In this document: positions 1-11,232 of the stretch, piece by piece
How positions within the stretch are numbered: position 1 is the stretch's first letter
How the letters are laid out: each line of letters begins with the position of its first letter
Source: Octopus bimaculoides
Taxonomy: Eukaryota
NCBI RefSeq assembly: GCF_001194135.2
Contig: NC_068991.1
Span: forward strand, 74,455,985 to 74,499,996
Direction of reading: 5' to 3'
DNA: 44,012 nt
Translations under genes and position numbers: made by a program
Notes under the pieces: generated by a model
Told to the model about the DNA's origin: nothing
The model's input: the letters and a program-made list of their open reading frames with translations, nothing else
Database searches by the model: none

Positions 1-81
1 ATATATATATATATATATATATACATATAACGGTCCAGATGTAAAAATCTTCTTGAAAAAAAGAAACGGTTTTGTTTTGTG

Positions 82-87
82 TTTAAT
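82..87 (-). promoter_or_regulatory. Candidate polyadenylation signal ATTAAA
   Basis: ATTAAA on the minus strand about 50 nt after the stop codon. The sequence is AT-rich, so this could be chance. Confidence 0.25.
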
Positions 88-138
88 TGATTATATATCG
101 TTTATTTCTGAAGCTAATAGAAAAAAATCGTTCATAAA

Positions 139-348
139 CTACACATCTTTTGTTGCAGGATTAGTTTCATTAATAGGTAAACTCTGTTTTCTTCTGGATT
201 TCTTCTGCTTCCTTAATTGTTCTCTGACGTCGTCCATTGTCATTGGCATTTGCATACTTTGACTTTCCGGCATAAAATATAAAAGTGTAAGACACCCGAG
301 GCACCCAAAACTAAATATTGTCCCAGGTAACCATGCTATGTACGTCAT
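139..348 (-). CDS. SLC22: SLC22 terminal coding exon (TM12 + C-tail, stop TAG at 139-141)
   Basis: Acceptor ttttacttttcag|ATG, phase 0. [69 protein letters not shown] matches the LP..IFG...LLPET.G..LP.T pattern. Confidence 0.92.
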   Translation of the reverse strand: MTYIAWLPGTIFSFGCLGCLTLLYFMPESQSMQMPMTMDDVREQLRKQKKSRRKQSLPINETNPATKDV

Positions 349-1144
349 CTGAAAAGTAAAAATGTAATTAGCATCAATGTCTAATAAAAACTTTTTTTTA
401 ATTAAGAAGATAAACAAAAGTACATTCACAGTGGCAGTCCGTCGGTTACGACGTCTAGGGTTCCAGTTGATCCGATTAACGGAACAGCCTGCTCGTGAAA
501 TTAGCGTGCAAGTGGCTGAGCACTTCACAGACACGTGTACTCTTAACGAAGTTCTTGGGGAGATTCAGCGTGACACAGGGCGTGACAAGGCTGGCCCCTT
601 TGAAATACAGGTAAAACAGAAACAGGAAGACAGAGTGAGAAAAAGTTGTGGTGAAAGAGTACAGTAGGGTTCGCCACCAGCTCCTACAGGAGCCTCGTGG
701 AGGTTTTGGTATTTTCACGTAATAAACACTCACAACACCCGGTCTGGGAATCGAAACCGCGATCCTATGACCGTGAGTCCGCTGCCCTAACCACTGGGCC
801 ATTGCGCCTCCACAATAATAATAATGATAATAATAATAATAAGGAGGAGGAGGAGGAGATTAAGCAGTTTGTGGTCGATGAAAAAGGTGGTAGTAGTACG
901 AATAATTGTCGGAGCCCAGGGAACAGTGAGTAAAAATCTTGAGAAGTACATGGAATAAATAGGGGCTGCAATGAGGGTGGAGCACTTGAAGAAAACAGCA
1001 CTGCTTGGAACCGCTCGAATACTCCGGAAGATACTCGAAAAATAAGGGTTGTTATCATAGTTCACTGGTAGTGAACAGCTGACACCGTAGTACATCTCCA
1101 GCGTTAGAAACTGTGCAAAGGCAATAATGATAATAATAATAATA

Positions 1145-1209
<65 letters not shown>

Positions 1210-4200
1210 TCAAAAGCCAGGAAATGTCTCACAAAGTACCATGTCTGTTCATTCATGTTTTGAGGTAGAGCATTTTGAAGTTTCCACAAATGCTAGGTAT
1301 TTGAATTTATCCTTACCGTGAGTAGATTTTTATTAATATTTATGTATTACAGCATCCTGCCATGGGTCAATATTCAAAGAAGAACTAGTCTAGAGCATAG
1401 TAGTAAATGTATTTTGTAGTTGTTAGTATTTGAACGAGTACTAAGCCTTCGCTGTTTATGTTGGTGTCAAAATAATGGTGGGTAAAATAAATTATTTAAA
1501 AAACAAAAATAAAACTCTATTACTCACAAGTAGACGAGAATATGGGGAAATCATGTTTCCCATACTTCCTGACAAAGTGAGAAATCCTAAACCAATATTT
1601 CTGAAAATTAAAAAAAAACAACAGTTTTAACATTTTCGACTGCAAAATTCATTTCAATGCGCAGCAATATACGTATGCATACATGCACGCAAACATACAT
1701 ACATACATACATACATACATACATGCATACATGCATACATACATACATACATACATACATACATAAAAATATGCAAGACTTTTCTCAAGTTCCAAATGTG
1801 AATTTGTATGTGTTAACTACATCCCAGAGATGGAGCCTTGTATCTTTGTTGGAAACTGGCTCGCTCCTCAGTGGAAGATTTATAATAATTAAAAAACAGA
1901 AGAGACATACATACATGCATGCCTACATACATACATACACTTATGCCTGCATATATACCTACACACGCACGTATACATACACGAATCAGATCGTAACTGA
2001 AAGATAACAATTTACGAGATGTTCTTACATGTTTTCAAAGAATGTTTTTGTATATTCTTAAAATAGACTGTCATAAATAGTCAGAGAAATCATGCTACAG
2101 GTTTCATTTCTAATTGACCATCTTCAAGGTCAATTAATAATTTTAGTTTATTTTTTATACAATATAAGCAAATTAAAACAGGCACGTTAACAGATCTTTC
2201 TCTTTATGCTAATGAATATGTTATTGTGTTAGGGCGTCAGTAATAAGAGACGTTCCATAACATAATTATTCTCATTATTATTCTCGTGTGTGTGTGTACT
2301 CGGTATTAAATTATACACACTCTTGTTTCTGTAGTTCATTAAAACAAAAAGGAAAGGTTTAAACAATTACATCATTTTTCGACATAGTCTCCTTGTTTTA
2401 CGAAACGCTTCTTCCAGCGGGACCCAATTTTGCTTATTCTATCGGAGAAGGTTTTCACCTCGTTGCGTTTCTTGCGCTAATTCGTCTGTAACAAACCGAC
2501 GACCTCAAAAAAGGTGCTTGACCGGTCCAAAGAGATAGCCCGAAGGGGTGATATCTAGTATTCCTGTAATTCGAAACCCAATTTTTCAACGCTTTCAATG
2601 GTGTGAGCGGCCGTATGTGGCCATGCATTGTTATGCAACAATAACACTTACTTTAACAACAGACCTCGGCGTTTGTTGACCAGCATGTGACTGTAACCTA
2701 CACTAGTGACTATAAACCCCTTTTCCAGGTAATGTTCCAGTACAGGTCATTTCGCATCCCCAAGAACAGTTAGCATCAATTTTTCTGTGGAAGGTTAAAT
2801 ATTGACTCTTCGCTCCAAAAAACCTTCGTCTTCTTCACGGTTGTAGCGGTCGAGTAAGCTTTGACAGATTTTCATACGCTTATGCGCTCCTGAAAGCTCT
2901 CTCGGCACCCATCTCGCACAGACTTTACGAAATTGAAGCCTGTCGTGGATTATTTCGTATGCAAAACCATAACCAATTTGCAGAGAACATGCCACCTCAT
3001 CAATGGTCACTCGTTGGCTCGCCAAAAGCATCTCTTGAACTTGTTGAATCTTCACGTCAGTGGTAGAGATTGATGGATGTCCTGCTCCCTCTTCGCGCTT
3101 CTTGCTTGTCCAGGCATATTTAAACGTGTCGCTGTCCCCGTACTGTTCTGAAAACCTCCGATGAATTTGAGCCCCTAACATACTTTCAGACTAGAGAAAT
3201 CGGATCACGGATTTCTGTTCTTCCTCGGTGCATACTGCGTCAGCAGAACAGCCATATTTACTCTGAAACACAAGAATGAAAACTGGAGCGGTCAAGGTCA
3301 AACCTCGGTTGCGTAACTGCGAGAGTGGTTACGTAAGCACAAGAGTGGTTGCGTAAGCACATGAAAGCGGAAGGCAATGCAGCCAATCTAAAGATATTTT
3401 TTAGAACTAAGAACGAAAAGAGCCGGAAAAATAATTGCTTTTAATCGAGTCAGAAGATCAGCAGTTTGGGAAGGAAAGGGGAATAATACGTGAATGGTAC
3501 TTAATTTTATGGACACCAGAGGGACGAAAAGCAAAGATGATCTCGGCAAGATTTGATCTTAGCATAAAAAGCAGCAATAATTTCCTGCAAAGCATTTTCC
3601 CCATCACTCAAACGATTCAGAGAATTCGTCGCAATCTGTCATTCATAATAAATAAATCAACAATTACCTCAGGTTAGTTGGGTAGATTTCTGGGGCATAT
3701 AACCATATGACACAATACGAGGCGCTGATACCAAACATCCCAAACAGACTGAATACTGTGTTCAAAATGGAATAAAGTTTGCTGCCATCTGAAAGAATAA
3801 AAAGGAAGAAAACTAATTCAGTCTTTCAATCGTAAAATTTTCACCAAGGATTAAAAGCTCTGATACATATTTTCCCGAAACTATCTGTACGACATACATG
3901 TGTGTGTCTGTGTGTGTGTGTGGAGGCGCAATGACCCAGTGGTTAGGGGCGAGGATCGCGGTTTCGATTCCCAGACCCGGCGTTGCGAGTATTTATTGAG
4001 TGAAAGTACCTAAAGCCCCACTATGCTCCGGCAGGGGCCGGTGGCGAACTCTGCTGTACTCTTTCATTGCACTTTCTCTCAGTATGTCTTCCTGGTTCTG
4101 TTGTACCTGTAATTCAAAGGGCCAGCCTTGTCACACCCTGTGTCACGCTGAATCTCCCCAAGAACTTCGTTAAGGGCACACGTGTCTGTGGAGTGCTCAG

Positions 4201-5757
4201 CCACTTGCACGTTGACTCGATCGGATCAACTGGAACCCTCGTCGTCTTCCTTTTCTATTGGACTTTCCTCTGTTTCTGAAGAAGAGCTTTTGTCGAAACG
4301 TCTCCACATTGTTTTTTTGTGTTTGTTCTTCGTTTTTTTTTTTGGTGGGGGGATTTACTATATATATATATATATAGTACGTGTACTGATGAACAAAAGA
4401 ATACAGGTTACTTCACAGTTTTTTCTGTATTTGATTGAGAAACCAGTGGTCTACCGTTGAGTTAAATGTTTTTAAGAGATACATTTTGAAAAGCTGCATT
4501 CCCTCGCTTTCGGTAAATATGTTGCTTATTTTGGCAGTTTTTTTTTACTTATTTAGTCCCTCGATAGCGTGAGGCATTAATACACAGTTAATGCCCTTTA
4601 TATATAATTAAATATATCTATGAAGAAACGATGAATTTTTTTCATTACGAAATGTTTCGTTATTTTTTCATTATGAGGTTTTTTTCACGCTGACNNNNNN
4701 NNNNNNNNNNNNNNNNNNNNNNNNNNNNNNNNNNNNNNNNNNNNNNNNNNNNNNNNNNNNNNNNNNNNNNNNNNNNNNNNNNNNNNNNNNNNNNNNNNNN
4801 NNNNNNNNNNNNNNNNNNNNNNNNNNNNNNNNNNNNNNNTTATATGTCTGTATATATGTATATATGTCACTAAAGTGACTAAGGACACTAGTCAGGACCA
4901 GTATTGCTAGAAATGAGAACCAAATAACTCATAATGATGAGACGCGCTATCCTAATGAAGGCAAGCTCCCTCAGCCCCGGGCATAGCCAGATCACCAGTG
5001 GTTTCGCATTTACATTAATGCTCTTAATGGTAAGAGCTATGAGTTGATTTGACTCTTATTTCTAGCAATACCGGTGCTGACTAGCGCCCTTTTTTTTTAC
5101 CTTTCAAGGCGGCGAGCTGGCAGAGTCGTTAGCACGCCGGGCGAAATGCTTTGCGGTATTTCGTCTGTCTTTACGTTCTGAGTTCAAATTCCGCCGAGGT
5201 CGACTTTGCCTTTCATCCTTCCGGCGTCGATAAATTAGTACCAGTTGCGTACTGAGGTCGATCTAATCGACTGGCCCCTCCCCCTCCTCCAAATTTTCGG
5301 ACCTTGTGCCTAGAGTAGAAAAATATATTTTTGTTTTTCGATTGAAAAACTGTTAACAACCCGACCTTATTATTTATATATGCATGTATGTATGTATGTA
5401 TGTATGTATGTATGTATGTATGTATGTGTGTGCGCGTGTGTGTATGTATACATTTATATGTATATGTATGTATATGCATGAATATAGGTATACTAGAACA
5501 GAATATGACCACGTAGTTTATAGCGTATTCATATAATATATTGGTTTCGAATTTTGACACAAGGCCAGCAATTTCTGGAGAGTGAGTAAGTCGATTACAT
5601 CGACCCCAGTATTCAGCTGGTACTTATCTTATAGATCCCAAAGAGATGAATGACTAAGTCGACCTCGGCGCAATTTGAACTCAGAACTTAAAGTCGGACG
5701 AAATGCTGCTCAGTATATGTGAGATTATTTTATTGCCCACAAGGGGTCAACAGTATA

Positions 5758-5802
<45 letters not shown>

Positions 5803-5900
5803 ATGTGTGCGTGCGCATGTGTGCGTGTGTATGTACGATGCTTACATACGTAGGAACGAGCATGCGTATGGATGTTTATGTGCATATATCTATATATCTA

Positions 5901-5980
<80 letters not shown>

Positions 5981-8540
5981 CACACACACACATACACACA
6001 CACATACACACACACACACACACATACATGTATGCATATATATCTATTGGACCACTGAACTCAGCATGTATTTTTTCATTCTTTTTCTATTTATTTCCTC
6101 TTATTCCTTTCTGTTGAAGAGCGTAGGTTCGAAACGTAAAAGACTTTTCGTTTTTCCCGAGCCTCAAATTAATACACTTGCTTGTTCACTTGTCTTTTTC
6201 TTTTTTTCTCTAAATATGTGTGTGTGTATGTAAATATGTGTATGTGTGTATCATTTAAATACAGTAGTAGTTGAATAATGTTCTTAAGGCCGTAATTTAC
6301 TCACATGCAGCATCTTTCACAGCTTGTCGCTAACTCAGTTCTTAACCAAAATGAAAGCTGTTAACATTTTTGAAGAGGACTGGTTCCTAGCTACATTTTG
6401 GCCTAAAAAATTGAGATTTGATCCAGTAGAGAAAACGTTGTATCAAAATTTGTAGCAACGTTATAGGAGATTAAGTAACGCCACCACTCAAATTTAGATC
6501 TAAATAATTTCTATTTATTTTAAAAGCAAAATATATTCATCTTAGCTTCAATGATAGAAGAAAGCATGAATTATTTCATAGTTTTGGTCCCATGCAACAA
6601 AATTTTGTATCACAAAAAGTGAGGTAAAATATCATGAAAGTAAATATCAGGCAAAAATTGGATTTAGCATAATTAACTTTTTTTATTTTAAAAACAAACT
6701 ATATTTTAATTAAGCTTAAATGATAGAGCTCAATTCAAGGAATTTCTTGGTATCAATCTCATGCAATGGAGTTTTAAAAGAACAGAGTTACGAGTGTTTA
6801 TTTCTCAAATTTGAGGGTGATAATATAGTTCTATACTTTTTATGAATATAGTTTTATAAGGGAAATTTTAATATATGTCACTGACGTCATGAGACAAGAG
6901 AAAAATTATCAACGACAACGCTAATTGACACATTTGACACACTATTAATTAGCATAATAGCATAGCCCGGAAAAAACATGGATTTCATGGAAAAATGCGA
7001 GCAGGAGGTATAATATTCTTAAGATTATAAATCTGGAAAATTACAGGACAAGTTATTACACTTGAAAAAGTTCAGGACAACTTATTACATCTGGTAAAGT
7101 ACATAACAAGAAAATATTTTGCTTAAAGTGTTGCAGCTAAGGATAAAATTTGAATATTAAAAATTATTTGATTTTAATTTACAAAGTAACAATATAATTC
7201 AAAAAGGTACCATTATTTTGTGTAAGTATTGACACATTAGAATACTTAAAAATGAGAACCAGAAGCACTAATATAGCTTAAAGTTTTATGCAAAGTAGAA
7301 TAGTATATATGGTAGGCAAATTCATTATGTAAACAATAGGCAATGGCTCAAGATAAAAATGTGAAGACTTGGCAATAACTTAGGCAATAACTCAAGCAAA
7401 TTTTACTGTGAGTTTATTGTTACAGGTAGATGTTACTGTAATATATAGCTAATTTTCGTATTATTCTATTTATTGTACTAACTAATTATGTACTACTATT
7501 ATTTTTTATAACCCGTTTTCAAATTTTTAATTATTAATTAATAATTTAAAAAATGAATTGTTTTGAAGTTATTTTTTAAATGTTTGATAGAAGTAACAAG
7601 TAATAACAAATAGAAGTAGTAACTTGTAATAAAATTTTTAGTTTTTAATAAAAGCTAATATTTTCTAAACCTAAATATTTTATTTGAAATTTTAACCTAA
7701 TTTTCTTGCTCTGTACTTTACAAGATGTCATAAGTTGTCCTGAACATTTTCAAGTCCTGTAATTTCTATGTTTATTATCTTAAGAATATTATTTCTCTTC
7801 CTCGCATTTCCCCATGTAATATATATATATATATGTGTGTGCGTGTGCGCGCGTGTGTGTGTATAGATATATATACATATGTATACATACATATATATTT
7901 ATGAATTTACATATATACGTATTAGGCGCAAACATGGCTGAGGGAAGAAATTTTCTTCTTAAATAGATGGCTTATATAAATGTGTGTGTATGTCTGTGTG
8001 TGTGTGTGTGTGTGTGTGCGTGCGTGCGTAATACAAGAAAGTGATGAATGATTTAGCACACGGTTCTTGTTACTTACAATTACCTCAGTACCTCCTCGTA
8101 TTCAACGCTATTGCATGCATATGTATGAATGTATGTATGTATGTATGTACGTATGTATGAATTACGTATGTGTGTGGTTTGCAATTCATGCGGTGTCAGC
8201 ATCTTTTATTGTGAATCGTAATTGTAAAGAGCTGGAACGTATTTTGTTCAGCATTTTTTTCGACGCCCTAACGATTTTCAAAAAGTCTACTACTCTCATT
8301 CTTTCTCTCTCTCACTCTCCCTCTGTAAACATACATACATACATACATACATAAATGAAAGACAGAAGATAGAATATACGAGAATTTACTATTAATCACG
8401 ACAATTGTTTCGACACATCTAGCATCGATTCCTCTTGGGTGGGACACTCAACAACTGGTTCAGAACCATCTGGTGGTACGGATGTATCTCATCGGGTGAT
8501 AAATAAATATAACTCGTTAAATACACACACACACACACAC

Positions 8541-8571
<31 letters not shown>

Positions 8572-10561
8572 TATANNNNNNNNNNNNNNNNNNNNNNNTA
8601 TATATAAATGGTGGTTGTCTAATCTTTATGTAGAGTTAGACCACCTCCTGTACCAACATCTTTGAACCATCATGGCATCTGATGTGGCTTTTTAAACCAG
8701 ACAGTGTTTTGAAAAGACACCCACATAAATTGCATATCCGATTTGGACCACCAAGACCTGCAGATAAGTTCTGATTTTTTGTGGATCTTAAAATGTGTTT
8801 TGAAGTTTCTGCTAGATTTGCAAACCTGGAACCTGGCATACATATATTTTTTCTTCTATACCAGCTGTACTAATTGAGGTTTATTGCAATCAGAGAGGAC
8901 GTTTTTTGGCTTTCGTTTCTTTCTTCTTGTTCCATTTTTTTCTTTGTATCAGTCTTCTTCGCGTTTTCACTTACAGCGTACTTGATTTTGAGACATATAA
9001 CGCATAAACGGAGCCCAAAAGATTGCATTGGAGATACATGGTGCATTTTATAAATATACCTAGTTAACTTACCATAAAAGCATGAATCTTACTAGTAGCT
9101 CTTTCGGTTGTGCATTAAATTCACACACACACACATAATGATTTTGCTTAAGCATAGTGATACTACTAACCAGTTGTTAGAACTCAATATACATAACATT
9201 CTTATGATTGAGAGTAAAGTTTCATCTGAGTGCCGAGAGTAACGTCAATTAATGAATAACAAAAGGACTCGAATTACGTCATCACACACTATATGTATTC
9301 AAATATGAATATGTAAATGTGTAGGTCTATGTTTCTATGCATATGCATAGACTATGCTGTGTAACACGATTTTTGTGCTTCGATAGCAACTGTTATTTGC
9401 TATTTGTTTACCCCTGGAAAGTATGAAAAATGGCTAATATTTCTCTCAAACATTGCTTGTGTTACATTTATGCAATCCCAAAGAATATCTCTCAATACAT
9501 GGCTATGATGCTCTCCCACTACTCCTATTCATGTTCAGAGATGCACATATTGTCAGCCACTAAAGGACATGCACAACTGTTTGAGGTCAAGCAACTGGCA
9601 AGCAAATCTGTGACATTGAGCAGAAGATATGTTATAATGATGTTTTTACTTCAGCAGCTCAGTCCTAAATCTGTCTGAAATGTAATGGAAAAATCGTCAT
9701 TTTCAACTCATTGATGTCCAGCTCACAAAAGCAAATAGTAGTGATTTCCATTGATTTCTAGATAGAGGCAAATAGGAAATAATACTTAACGACCAAAGAC
9801 AAAAATAAATTTTAAAATTTCGTTACATAGTTTTATTTGTAACAAATAAGAGAAACAATACTAAATCCAAGTAGTTGAGTGTAGTTCATTAACAAGCTGA
9901 GCTAATAGCCGTTATTTCTCTGCAAAACCATGTATGCATCTTTGGGTGTGATGCACTGAGTGTGTTTGGATCCGTGACACGTGTGCACTTGTGCGTACAT
10001 ATCTGTATGTGCACGTGTTTATAAACATTTACGCGCGAGTATGCGTTCATGTATGCATGTATGTGTACATGCTAAAGCACGTACATGTGGGTATGGATGT
10101 GCGGAATGTGTTTTTTAATCTTTTAGTCAGGTATAATAACTGTAACAATGGCTCGTTGTAGCGCATTGGTGACAAATATGAGTAAGAGAAAGAGGAAAGG
10201 AGGGAGAAAGGTCCTGAAAGCAGAGACATGACTTGAATGCTAGCAACAGGGTGGACTCCGCTAAAGGTACTCAAGAAGCTAGAAGTTTGGGTTAAATCGG
10301 GTGTCGGATTAAGTCTTCCACCCAAGTGGTCTATGACGAGATCTGAACTCGGAACGCGGGGAGCCGAAATAAATACAAGTAATGTGGTTCGACATTCTTA
10401 CAGTTCTACCAATCTACCACTTTGGGCCAGTGCTATTTATGTGGAACCCCAGAAAGAGTAGTAGGAAGTAAAACTGTCGTCGGCAGGATTTGAACTCAGA
10501 ATGCAAAAAGTCAGAATAAACTCTGAGTAATATCTAACAATTTAGCATTATATAAAAGTAT

Positions 10562-10611
<50 letters not shown>

Positions 10612-10791
10612 ACACACACGCACACAGATAGATAGATATGAATGTATGTACATAGATGTGTGTGTTTGTGTGAGTGTGTTTGTATGCTTATGTGAATGTG
10701 TAAGTATAGATGCATGCATAGAATCGAAGAGATAGATATAATGTAGCCGTAAAGGTACATGAGTATTTCCTCGGCAGAGATTTTCATTCAT

Positions 10792-10838
<47 letters not shown>

Positions 10839-11162
10839 ATTGATATATACATATACCTAAATAGCAGATGTCCCATAAGTTAGATTGCATTTTTACTCGT
10901 AGTATAATGTTAAAGCTGCCTGACCTACAGGACACCAGATATATTACATAATCATATAATTGTACATTCATTCAGCTACTCAACGCTCTGTGTGCGAGTG
11001 CGTATATACACATATGCAATGTACATGCATACATACATATATATATGTATGTATGTATATACGCAAATATGTGTCTATGTATGAATATATATTTATGTAT
11101 ATCTGCTTGTATATATATATATATATACACACATATATATATATATACATATATACATGTAT

Positions 11163-11232
<70 letters not shown>

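Noticed and set aside
5759-6233. Long ORFs rich in CV/YI/HT (also at 10534-11295, 16405-17557, 29805-30218, 42154-42563)
   Set aside because: They are translations of (GT)n, (AT)n, (CA)n and (ATCT)n microsatellites, which lack stops in some frames.
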